Shown here: in pieces, positions 17,847 through 26,849 of the stretch
Layout of the letters: every line of letters begins with the position of its first letter
Position numbering within the stretch: position 1 is the first letter of the stretch
Assembly (NCBI GenBank): GCA_017397805.1
Contig: JAFQHW010000027.1
Location: 5,286-69,285 of the forward strand
Direction of reading: 5' to 3'
Length of the DNA: 64,000 bases
Source of the DNA: Clostridia bacterium
GTDB lineage: Bacteria; Bacillota; Clostridia; Oscillospirales; CAG-382
Notes under the pieces: generated by a model
Told to the model about the DNA's origin: nothing
The model's database searches: none
The model's input: the letters and a program-made list of their open reading frames with translations, nothing else
Translations under genes and position numbers: made by a program

Positions 17847-18776
17847 ATGGGTGCCAAAAAAAGTTTGCAGTTGTCAGCCATGGTTGGCGATTGCTTTATA
17901 ATGGCAAAGATAGGCTTGGACAAGCTTAAAAGTTTTAGTGAAGCAGAGCTTAAAATCTTGCTTTATATAGCTCAGGAAGGCGGAATCGAACCCGGCAGAC
18001 TTGCGGTGAAGCTTGGTATCGATTCACAGTCGGTAGAAGAAGCCGTTAAGAAGCTTACCGAGTCTGGACTTGTATCCTTGGGTGAGGATAAAATAAAAAA
18101 GCCCTCCAAGAACGCGGTTTCCAATTACGACGGCGAGGAGCTTGCAGATGCGATAGATGACGATGACGGCTTTAAGGCAGTTACTAATTTTGCTCGTGAT
18201 ATACTCGAAAAACAGTTGAACAGAAACGACCTTAATACTTTGTACGCGCTTTACGATTACCACGGCTTCAGCGCAGAAATGATATGCGGTATCGTGGAAT
18301 ATTGCGTTTCTACCGGTAAAAGGAGTATGTCGTATATATTCAATACGGCGCTTTCAATTCGTGAGGACGGTATAAGCACTTACGATGAGTTGGAGCTGTA
18401 TATCAAAGAAAAACGCACTTTAAACACAAAGGCGGCGCGTTTTCGCAAGCTTTGCGGTATCGGTAACCGAGAGCTTACCGCAAGGGAGCGCGGCTACACC
18501 GACCGTTGGTTCGGTGAAATGCACTTCGGTTTCGAGCTTGTTAAAAAAGCCTACGAGCTTACAATTGACAGAATCGGAGAGCCTAAGTTTGCTTATATGT
18601 CCAAAATCCTTGAGCAGTGGCACGCTAAGGGTGTGCGTAATTTAGAGGATGCGGAAAAGCTTTTAGCCAAGCGTAAAGCGGAGAAAAAAGAAGAAAGCAG
18701 TGATTACGATATAGAAAGCTATTTCGTTTCTGCTGCTAAAAAAGGTTTTATTAAGGAAGACGATTCTGAAAATTAA
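17847..18776 (+). CDS. DnaD-domain replication initiation / helicase-loading protein (DnaB/DnaD type)
   Basis: 309 aa with two DnaD-like C-terminal repeats (SMSYIFNTALSIREDGISTYDELE and FAYMSKILEQWHAKGVRNLEDAE). It is followed by a DnaC/DnaI-like ATPase. Confidence 0.75.
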   Translation: MGAKKSLQLSAMVGDCFIMAKIGLDKLKSFSEAELKILLYIAQEGGIEPGRLAVKLGIDSQSVEEAVKKLTESGLVSLGEDKIKKPSKNAVSNYDGEELADAIDDDDGFKAVTNFARDILEKQLNRNDLNTLYALYDYHGFSAEMICGIVEYCVSTGKRSMSYIFNTALSIREDGISTYDELELYIKEKRTLNTKAARFRKLCGIGNRELTARERGYTDRWFGEMHFGFELVKKAYELTIDRIGEPKFAYMSKILEQWHAKGVRNLEDAEKLLAKRKAEKKEESSDYDIESYFVSAAKKGFIKEDDSEN

Positions 18777-18797
18777 TTACCGTACGAGGTTGATATT

Positions 18798-19769
18798 ATG
18801 TCGTTTGATGATAGAAATACAGCATTTGCCGAGCTTGATATGAGAAGGATGAAGGCGGCGGAGGATGCAAGACTCAGAGAGCGCGAGCTTGAGAAGCGAA
18901 TTGAAGGCTTGGCTGAGTTGAACAAGGAAATTATGGCTATCGGTCCCAAGCTTTTGCGTTTGGGCATGGAAGGCGGTGCCGATTATGAGGCTAAGTCTAA
19001 GGCGTTACATAAAGAACACGAGGCACTTATAGACAAAAAGCACGACTTGCTTATAAAAAACGGCTACCCCTCCGACTATGATCTACCCGTTTACAGCTGC
19101 AAGATATGCAAGGATACGGGATTTATAGATATGAAAATTTGCAACTGCGTCAGGGATTCCATTGTAAGGCGTGCATATTACAGCTCAGGCCTTGGAAAGG
19201 CATTGGAAGACCAGACCTTTGAAACGATTGACGTTTCGTATTATGCAGGGAATACCGAAAGCGGCGCCTCTGTAAAAGAGCAGATGAGCTATGTGCTTGA
19301 CTACTGTAAAAAGTATGCAATGTACTTTACCCCCGGCGCCGAAAGCTTGCTTATGATAGGCGGTGCGGGTAGGGGAAAGACTCATTTTGCGTCGGCTATA
19401 GGCAGGACGGTTATCGATAAAGGGTATTCGGTGGTATATGAAAGTGCAACGAACATTGTTAATACCTTTGAGTCGGAGCGTTTCGGCAGAGATCTTGAAG
19501 CCGATCCCTCCAAGTATTATAGTTGTTCTCTGCTTATAATCGACGATTTGGGTACGGAGTTTAATACTCAGTTCAGTCTTTCCGCAATTTTTAATCTTAT
19601 AAACCATAGGATCATTAACGGACTGTCAACCATCGTTACAACTAATTTAAGCCTTAAAGAGATAGAAACGAACTATAAAGAACGTATTTTTTCACGCCTT
19701 AGCGGTGAATTTACGGTTTTGCCCTTCTGCGGCAGAGATATAAGGCGTATTAAGAAGGAAGCTCGATGA
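18798..19769 (+). CDS. DnaC/DnaI-like helicase loader ATPase
   Basis: 323 aa with the Zn-binding [12 protein letters not shown], Walker [10 protein letters not shown] and Walker B LLIIDDLG. Confidence 0.85.
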   Translation: MSFDDRNTAFAELDMRRMKAAEDARLRERELEKRIEGLAELNKEIMAIGPKLLRLGMEGGADYEAKSKALHKEHEALIDKKHDLLIKNGYPSDYDLPVYSCKICKDTGFIDMKICNCVRDSIVRRAYYSSGLGKALEDQTFETIDVSYYAGNTESGASVKEQMSYVLDYCKKYAMYFTPGAESLLMIGGAGRGKTHFASAIGRTVIDKGYSVVYESATNIVNTFESERFGRDLEADPSKYYSCSLLIIDDLGTEFNTQFSLSAIFNLINHRIINGLSTIVTTNLSLKEIETNYKERIFSRLSGEFTVLPFCGRDIRRIKKEAR

Positions 19770-20251
19770 AAAAGGTTAACATTTACACGGACGGCGCTTG
19801 CAGAGGTAACCCCGGTAAGGGCGGATACGGCACTGTGCTTGAATATATGGGTAAGGAAAAGGAGCTTTCTGCAGGCTACAGACTTACTACCAACAACCGT
19901 ATGGAACTTATGGCGGCTATTGAAGGACTTTCCGCCTTAAAGGAGCCTTGTGAGGTGGTTTTATACAGCGACTCTAAGTATTTGGTTGATGCGGTGAATT
20001 TGGGGTGGGCAGTTAATTGGCGCAAAAACGGCTGGCGCAAGGGCGATAAACACTTCGCCTTGAATCCCGATTTATGGGAGAAGCTTCTTTTGCTTTTGGA
20101 AAAACATAAAGTTACTCTCGTATGGGTAAAAGGTCACGCGGGACACGCATATAATGAACGCTGTGACGTTCTTGCAACAACTGCTGCCGACGGCGACGGT
20201 TTGCTCGTTGACAGCGTTTTTGAAGCACTTAACGGAGGGGATATATCTTGA
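19766..20251 (+). CDS. rnhA: Ribonuclease HI
   Basis: 161 aa with [22 protein letters not shown] and the C-terminal NERCDVLA. Confidence 0.93.
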   Translation: MKKVNIYTDGACRGNPGKGGYGTVLEYMGKEKELSAGYRLTTNNRMELMAAIEGLSALKEPCEVVLYSDSKYLVDAVNLGWAVNWRKNGWRKGDKHFALNPDLWEKLLLLLEKHKVTLVWVKGHAGHAYNERCDVLATTAADGDGLLVDSVFEALNGGDIS

Positions 20252-20448
20252 AATATTTAGTGGGTGAAACCCCTATGGAGCAAGGTCAGAAGGTCATAAT
20301 AACCTTCTCGGACGGAAAAAGTGTTTGCGCGGTCTATAAGGATACCTACGGTTACAACCACAGCTTTGAAACCGAAAATGGCAGCACCGTTACACTAAGC
20401 AATCATTTTATGCGCTTAAAAGGCATAAGAGTGAAGGCTCAGCAGTGA
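20248..20448 (+). CDS. Small hypothetical protein, translationally coupled to rnhA
   Basis: 66 aa. The TTG start overlaps the rnhA TGA, with GGAGG 10 nt upstream. No recognisable family. Confidence 0.4.
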   Translation: MKYLVGETPMEQGQKVIITFSDGKSVCAVYKDTYGYNHSFETENGSTVTLSNHFMRLKGIRVKAQQ

Positions 20449-20497
20449 CCTGTTTCGTCTGTTTGATTATATGGAGTGGCTTTAAGCTTTTTTGTTT

Positions 20498-21505
20498 ATG
20501 AAGAAGATAATAGTTTTTGCATTTATATTTATATTTCTGTTTGCTACCGCTTGCGGTGAAGACGCGGCTGAAGAATATACCTCTTATGCCAACGCTATGG
20601 ATACGAGTGCCAAAATAACCGTCTACGGCAAAGATTCAAAGGCTGTTGCCGAAGAATGCGCCGAGCTTTTTAAAAGCTTGGAGGGTGAGTTTTCGGCAAC
20701 GGATGCAAACAGCAAGCTTTACACCTTAAACACGAACGGAAATATCGAAGCTGAGGGGCATTTATATGCACTTTGCGGCTTTGCCAATGAGCTTTCTACT
20801 TTGACCGACGGCGCGTACAACCCTTGCATTTACCCTTTGGTTAAGTTGTGGGGTTTTACGGCAGACGAATTTAAAGTACCCACACAAGAAGAAATTGACG
20901 AGAACGTTAAGCTTGTTGCAGATAGCAAGATGGTTTTCAAAGACGGCGGTATTTACATAGAAAACGGCGGCATGGTGGACTTGGGCGGTATAGCCAAGGG
21001 TTACGCTTCGGAGATGATGAGAAGCCTGATCAGCGGCAGCGATTCAACGGGCGCGGTCATTTCCCTTGGCGGTAATATAGTTACGGTAGGAGAAAAGTCC
21101 GACGGAACCCCGTGGTCTATCGGCATTAATTCTCCAAAAAACGACGGTGGACTGATTGGTACTTTGTCGGTGGGTGAATGTGCCGTGGTGACCAGCGGTT
21201 CATACATCCGCAACTTTGAAAAAGACGGCAAGTTTTATCATCATATTATCGACCCTAAAACCGGAATGCCTGTGGATAACGGTTTGGTTTCCGTAACGGT
21301 CGTTGCCGACGATGCGGCGCTGGCTGACGGACTTTCCACTGCCTTTTTCGTAATGGGTATTGAAGAATCTTTGACCGTTGCCGAAAGCTTGGATGTAGAT
21401 GTGGTTTTCGTTACTGAAAACAGTATAAGCATAAGTTCGGGGTTAAAAGAAAAATTCACCCTCAGCAAAAGTGCCGAGGATGAATATGATCTTATATTCC
21501 TTTAA
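20498..21505 (+). CDS. apbE: FAD:protein FMN transferase (ApbE family) lipoprotein
   Basis: Lipobox FATAC. Motifs DLGGIAKGYA, HHIIDPKTG and ALADGLSTA. Confidence 0.9.
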   Translation: MKKIIVFAFIFIFLFATACGEDAAEEYTSYANAMDTSAKITVYGKDSKAVAEECAELFKSLEGEFSATDANSKLYTLNTNGNIEAEGHLYALCGFANELSTLTDGAYNPCIYPLVKLWGFTADEFKVPTQEEIDENVKLVADSKMVFKDGGIYIENGGMVDLGGIAKGYASEMMRSLISGSDSTGAVISLGGNIVTVGEKSDGTPWSIGINSPKNDGGLIGTLSVGECAVVTSGSYIRNFEKDGKFYHHIIDPKTGMPVDNGLVSVTVVADDAALADGLSTAFFVMGIEESLTVAESLDVDVVFVTENSISISSGLKEKFTLSKSAEDEYDLIFL

Positions 21506-22749
21506 TCAAAATTACAAATAAGCTTTCCGCCCCTTACGTCGGTGACAACGCACGATACAATGTCGCCCGCCGCAAAGGGGCGGTTTGTTTTTATTATTGC
21601 TTCGCAAAAATCTTCGGTATGACCGGTTGCGCCGCCTTCGGTATTCTTCTCTATAAGAATCTTTACCGTTTTGCCGATCTTTGTTTTAAGTATATCGTCT
21701 TTCATACCGTTGCATTCGGCAATGAATCGGCTCATGCGTTTTTTCTTTTGGCTTTCTTCGATTTGACCTTCCATTTGTGCCGCAGGGGTATTGGGGCGTT
21801 TGGAATAGGAAAAAGCGTGTACGTGCAAAAAACCTATTTCTTTCAGATAGTTTATGGTTTCTTCCAGCTCTTCTTCCGTTTCGGTGGGGAAGGAGCATAT
21901 AATGTCTGCAGAAAGCATCACGTGAGGGATAGCCGCCTTCAGCGCTCTGATTTTTTCCTTTGCGGCTTCAGCCGTGTACGGACGCTTCATAAGCTTTAAA
22001 ATACGTGTGCAACCCGATTGTAAGGAAAGGTGAAAATGCGGCATTAAAATATCGGTTTCAGCGGCGGTTTTGATAAAGCTTTCGTTAAGTATATTCGGGT
22101 CTAAGGAGCCAAGACGAAGCCGTTTTAGTCCCTCTAATTTTGACACTTTTTTTATAAGTTCCCAAAGGGGCATATAATTATATGCGGCAGTTTCAATGCC
22201 CGTAAGCACGATTTCTTTGTATCCGATGGAAATAAGCCTTTTAATTTCGGCAATTATCTCTTCATCGGGGCGGGAACGGATACTGCCTCTAAGACTTGGA
22301 ATGATACAGTAGGTGCATTTACCGTTACATCCGTCCTGAATCTTTACGTAAGCTCTCGTTCGGGAAACACCGCAAAGCTTTTCGTTTGCAACGTTGCCGA
22401 TGTTAAAAAGCTCGTAGTTTTTTTGTGTTTTCGGTATTTCAATAAAATCCTGTAACTGCCCTTTGTCAAAGCAACCCTTAATACGGCTTGCGCCTTCAAA
22501 GCTTTTGCATCTTTCGGTATAGCAACCGCAAACGCGCACGTCTTTGGCAAGCTTTAGGGCGCGTCGTATCATTTGCGCGCTTTTGCGTTCGCTTTCTTCG
22601 GTAACGGCACAGGTGTTTACCACGGCAATGTCGCATTCTTCACCAAAGGGCACGAGGGTATAACCGTTAACGGCAAAAAGCTCTGCCAAAGCTCTGCTTT
22701 CGTATTGATTAACGCGGCACCCTAAAGTGCAAAAGGTAACGGTCTTCAT
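21502..22749 (-). CDS. mtaB: tRNA t6A37 methylthiotransferase (MiaB-like, MtaB)
   Basis: 415 aa with TLGCRVNQYES, the radical-SAM motif CNGKCTYC, and a C-terminal TRAM-like domain. Confidence 0.88.
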   Translation of the reverse strand: MKTVTFCTLGCRVNQYESRALAELFAVNGYTLVPFGEECDIAVVNTCAVTEESERKSAQMIRRALKLAKDVRVCGCYTERCKSFEGASRIKGCFDKGQLQDFIEIPKTQKNYELFNIGNVANEKLCGVSRTRAYVKIQDGCNGKCTYCIIPSLRGSIRSRPDEEIIAEIKRLISIGYKEIVLTGIETAAYNYMPLWELIKKVSKLEGLKRLRLGSLDPNILNESFIKTAAETDILMPHFHLSLQSGCTRILKLMKRPYTAEAAKEKIRALKAAIPHVMLSADIICSFPTETEEELEETINYLKEIGFLHVHAFSYSKRPNTPAAQMEGQIEESQKKKRMSRFIAECNGMKDDILKTKIGKTVKILIEKNTEGGATGHTEDFCEAIIKTNRPFAAGDIVSCVVTDVRGGKLICNFD

Positions 22750-23330
22750 TAAAGCTTCTCCATTATTTCATAAAAGAATGTCTTGCCGCCCAAAATATTA
22801 ACGGCTTCTCTCAAAGCCTTGGGTGTTAATCCGTGGGGCAACTTCGCGGCAACGCAAAAGGCTTTGCGCTTTTCAGTGGCTCCGCTCCCCCCCACAAGTC
22901 CAAGGTTGTATAAATCCGCGGCGCTTACTTCTTCAAAAACCATGTCCGAATTATCCTCAGAATACGGACACAGTAAGTCGTAAAGCGTGGCATCATCCAT
23001 ACCCTCTACCCCCAAAATCCCCGCCTTGGAAGGGATTTTCTTGCGTTTTTCCTTGCCTACAAGGGCAGGGGTGTATAGGTTGATTATATTGTCACCGCTT
23101 AAATATCCCTTTAGCTTGTTTCTTATAAATCTACCCGCATCGTCACTGTCGGTAAGCACGATAAGCTTGCCGTTTTCCGTAATTCTGCGTAACAGCATCA
23201 GCTTTTCATCTGAGTTGAAGATGCCAAACCCGCCGCCCGTAATAACGGTGCCGTCTGCAACTGCGCAAACTCGCTTCTTGTCATACTCACCCTCAACGAG
23301 CAAAGGGTATTTAAGCTTAATTTTTTTCAT
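22749..23330 (-). CDS. Toprim-domain protein (RNase M5-like / DUF4093 type)
   Basis: 193 aa with LLVEGEYD and LTDSDDAGRFIR Toprim motifs. Confidence 0.65.
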   Translation of the reverse strand: MKKIKLKYPLLVEGEYDKKRVCAVADGTVITGGGFGIFNSDEKLMLLRRITENGKLIVLTDSDDAGRFIRNKLKGYLSGDNIINLYTPALVGKEKRKKIPSKAGILGVEGMDDATLYDLLCPYSEDNSDMVFEEVSAADLYNLGLVGGSGATEKRKAFCVAAKLPHGLTPKALREAVNILGGKTFFYEIMEKL

Positions 23331-24357
23331 AAGCAGAAAGCCTCAGTAAAAAGATTTCTACGGTACAAGCGGGATCGTTTTTATAGCTTTTAAGGGCAAC
23401 GGCGCATTCGTTGCATTTATCCGCCGCATAGTCTAAAAAGTCAAAGCTGACCTTCCTTGCGTAGGGGATATAATTCTTGACCGCCCAGTCGAAGGTCTTT
23501 AGCGCTTTTGCTATTTCCGCCACGGTCTTTCCGCTTTCAATTCCTGCTTTCGTAACGGTAATATCGGTTATACACGAAGAAAGCATATTGATAAGCATAT
23601 AAGGCGAAACGCCGCTTCCTATAAGGAAATTATATATATCGTGAACTTTTCCGCTGTTGCCCGCCGTCAGCGCCTTCGTTAAATCGAACACCTTGAAGCT
23701 TTTATTGGAACAGCACACGTTAACAACGTCTTCGTCTGTAACCTTTCTGCCTTTGCAGTAGGCGATAAGCTTTTCCGTTTCGCCTTTTAAGGTGTACATA
23801 TCCTCACCGCACACGTTGATCATGGTTTCGGGAACAGAATCGGCTATATCTGCGCCGGCGGAGGAAAAGTGGCGGCATATCCACTTTTTAAGCTTAGAGC
23901 CCGTTTCTTTTTCGAAAATGGCAAGAATACCGTTCTTTTCCGCAAATGCTATAAGGGCAGATACGGGCGCTTTTTCCTTTTTGCCTATTATTTTAGCACT
24001 CAGCTCGTTGCTTTTTGCAACGAAAAGCACGTCAACGTAATCGGGCATCGTGTCAAGTGAATACACTACCTCCTCTATAACCGCCTCACTCAGCTTTGAA
24101 TAGTCCAGCTCGCTTACGACTATAAGCTTATAGTCGGACATATATGGAAGGTCCTCTAAAGCCGAAGCTAAAGCGTGCGGAGTAAAGTTTTTACCGCTGA
24201 ACTGAATCAAGTTAAATTCGGGCATAGGTAAAGAATCTACTCTTTTTACAAGCTGTTTTATATAGTGGTCTTTCGTGTATTCTTCGTCGCCGCACAAAAA
24301 AATGCATTTGCCTGAGAGGGAGTTTTTGATGTGCGATTTTAAAACGTCTTCATTCAT
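23317..24357 (-). CDS. holA: DNA polymerase III delta subunit
   Basis: About 346 aa from the ATG at 24357, which overlaps the comEC stop as TAATG. It follows comEC, the conserved Firmicutes order. Confidence 0.8.
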   Translation of the reverse strand: MNEDVLKSHIKNSLSGKCIFLCGDEEYTKDHYIKQLVKRVDSLPMPEFNLIQFSGKNFTPHALASALEDLPYMSDYKLIVVSELDYSKLSEAVIEEVVYSLDTMPDYVDVLFVAKSNELSAKIIGKKEKAPVSALIAFAEKNGILAIFEKETGSKLKKWICRHFSSAGADIADSVPETMINVCGEDMYTLKGETEKLIAYCKGRKVTDEDVVNVCCSNKSFKVFDLTKALTAGNSGKVHDIYNFLIGSGVSPYMLINMLSSCITDITVTKAGIESGKTVAEIAKALKTFDWAVKNYIPYARKVSFDFLDYAADKCNECAVALKSYKNDPACTVEIFLLRLSAYEKN

Positions 24358-26480
24358 TATTCTGTCTCCCACAAACCGTCTTTGCCTATTCTCAGCTTTA
24401 AGACGGTTCTATAAGTCATAACCTTTTTTGCAGACTTCTTGAGATATTCCGTAAAATAGGTTTCCTTTGTGCCTTTGATATACAAGTTGTCATAGCTTTT
24501 TGGTATTTGGCTTTTGTGTATCTCCGCCTTTTTCGTGGCGTGGGTTATAACAAGGCCCGTTACGTCCTCAGAATCGGCATATTTACACCCCGATAATACC
24601 ATAAGCTTCGTGTTATCTCGGTTAACGGTAAGATAATAGGCACCGTCCTCGGTATTAAGCGAAAGATTGCCGATATCCAGAGTGTTTTGGTAATATGAGA
24701 TTCTGAACCGCTTTTCCTCAAGCCAAGCAGAAAAAGCTTCATCTTTGCAGTAATCGGGCAGATAAACGGTATCAACGCTCAAATAGCAAGATGCGTTTTT
24801 AAACCTTTTTTCAGCCTCGTCGTTGTATTCCACCATAACGTAATTATCAATGTGGGTAAATCCGCTGTTTAATACAGTGCTACTGCAGTTGCCTACGCCG
24901 TACAGGCTGATAAGCGTATTTTCTCTTCCGTCGCTGTATAAAGCAACGTGGTTGTTTGAGGAATCCCATAATAAAAGCATTTCGTTGGCATTAAGGCTTG
25001 CCTTATATCCGACAATACATCCCGATACGATAAGTATTACGGCGCACAGAGAGGCAACGGCACATTTTATTGCTTTGTTTGCTCTCAAAGCCAAGCCGCC
25101 GACTATCGCCACGATTATCGGTATTAAAATTAATTTTATATAGGGTACCGACGAGGAAAAAGTCGCAAAAGACAGCGAAGCCATGAAATCGGAAATACCC
25201 TTTATTAAGGTGTATAAAAATTCAGGTATCCACGCCATAAAGGTTGCGGCGGGGAAGATAGAGCAAACTGCTATGGCAATTACGGCGGAAGCCATTATGG
25301 GAACGGTAATAAATTCAACCGCAAGATTGCTAAGAGGAGACACCACGGAAACGAAGTCAAAGGAAAATACCAAGATAGGTAACGAAAACAGCGTGGCGGT
25401 CAGAGTGACTTTCACAGGACTTAATACGGAACGCAAAAAAGTTGCCCATTTGCTTAATCTGACTTCTATATGCTCGGTTTCACTAAGAATAAGTATGCCC
25501 AGAGTGCACATAAACGAAAGCTGTAGGCTTGTACTTGCGATTGCGTATGGAGAAAACAAACATAGAGCCGCCAAAGTACCGCAAAGGACATAGCATGGGT
25601 CGATTGCGCGGTCAAAAACGTTTGCCGCGAATAATGCACAGCACATAATGCACGCTCTGATTACGGGAGCCGAAGCACCTACTAATAGCGTATAAAATAT
25701 TGCCAAAGCAATACAAATTACCGAGCCGAGCTTTTTTCTGCCAAACAAAGTCATCCAAATTGAGTAAAAACTAAATACTAATATAGAAAAATGCTGACCC
25801 GAAATTGCAATGATATGTGATAGCCCCGAGCGTGCGAAGCTACCGTTTATATTGCTGTTGATACCGCTCCTGTCACCCACCAACAAAGCCGAATAAAAAT
25901 TACCGCTTTCGCTGTCAAACGTGTTGCATATTTTGCTTGCGATGTTTACTCTGAGCCTTATTAATGCGTATTTTATGCCCGTTGCCTCGTAGTCGTCGCT
26001 TATTTCGGCAATTCCGTCAAGACTATAGCTTATTCCGTTACCCTTGGCGGAAAACGACGTTTCGGATAAATAACCGACAAGCTTTAGAACCGTGCAGGGT
26101 TTATAGTAGTAGTCCGTATAAAAGTAGGCGTTATATCCTTCAAACTCAGTTTCCCCCATAAGTTCAAGGGTCAGTCTGTAGCCGCCATCAGTAGCAACTA
26201 CTTCGTTAACCGCTCCGTATACGGTATACTCCGTATCGTTATCGGGTTTGGGCGGAGAAAAAACAGCAGTGTGCAGGTTGCAGTAAACAAATCCTATGCC
26301 TATGGCGATTACGGAAACGGTAAGCACGAAGCGCGTGTATCTGACAGGGCGGATAAACATAATAATTCCCCAACAAAGGGATATTATAAGAGCCGTAACC
26401 CAAAAATTTAAAAACAGGCCTGCCGCAATACCTGCCGCAAGGGCAAGGCAAACCGTAGCGGCAGGTCTGTACTCTAACAT
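24357..26480 (-). CDS. comEC: DNA internalization competence protein ComEC/Rec2
   Basis: 707 aa polytopic membrane protein with the competence-domain motif SGLSHIIAISGQHFSIL. Confidence 0.88.
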   Translation of the reverse strand: MLEYRPAATVCLALAAGIAAGLFLNFWVTALIISLCWGIIMFIRPVRYTRFVLTVSVIAIGIGFVYCNLHTAVFSPPKPDNDTEYTVYGAVNEVVATDGGYRLTLELMGETEFEGYNAYFYTDYYYKPCTVLKLVGYLSETSFSAKGNGISYSLDGIAEISDDYEATGIKYALIRLRVNIASKICNTFDSESGNFYSALLVGDRSGINSNINGSFARSGLSHIIAISGQHFSILVFSFYSIWMTLFGRKKLGSVICIALAIFYTLLVGASAPVIRACIMCCALFAANVFDRAIDPCYVLCGTLAALCLFSPYAIASTSLQLSFMCTLGILILSETEHIEVRLSKWATFLRSVLSPVKVTLTATLFSLPILVFSFDFVSVVSPLSNLAVEFITVPIMASAVIAIAVCSIFPAATFMAWIPEFLYTLIKGISDFMASLSFATFSSSVPYIKLILIPIIVAIVGGLALRANKAIKCAVASLCAVILIVSGCIVGYKASLNANEMLLLWDSSNNHVALYSDGRENTLISLYGVGNCSSTVLNSGFTHIDNYVMVEYNDEAEKRFKNASCYLSVDTVYLPDYCKDEAFSAWLEEKRFRISYYQNTLDIGNLSLNTEDGAYYLTVNRDNTKLMVLSGCKYADSEDVTGLVITHATKKAEIHKSQIPKSYDNLYIKGTKETYFTEYLKKSAKKVMTYRTVLKLRIGKDGLWETE

Positions 26481-26491
26481 ATTAAAAATGT

Positions 26492-26830
26492 TTATGCCAT
26501 GCTCTCGTTTAGCTTTTTGCCACCGAGAATATGGAAGTGTAAATGTTTAACTGATTGACAACCGTCGTCACCGCAGTTGGATATAACTCTGTATCCGTTG
26601 CCAAGTCCCAAGCTTTTTGCAATTTCGGGAATCATAAGGAATATATGCTTAACGTAATCGGCATTATCGGTATTTACCTCGTCCATAGAACCTACGTGGA
26701 TTTTGGGGATTACGAGCACGTGTACCGGTGCCTGAGGATTAATATCCTTAAAAGCGAATATTTTATCATCCTCGTAAACCTTGGCAGATGGGATAGTTCC
26801 TTCGATTATCTTGCAGAATAAGCAATCCAT
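26492..26830 (-). CDS. HIT family (histidine triad) nucleotide hydrolase
   Basis: 112 aa with CLFCKI and the histidine triad HLHFHILGG. Confidence 0.93.
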   Translation of the reverse strand: MDCLFCKIIEGTIPSAKVYEDDKIFAFKDINPQAPVHVLVIPKIHVGSMDEVNTDNADYVKHIFLMIPEIAKSLGLGNGYRVISNCGDDGCQSVKHLHFHILGGKKLNESMA

Positions 26831-26849
26831 CAGTTATACCTCCGAAATT

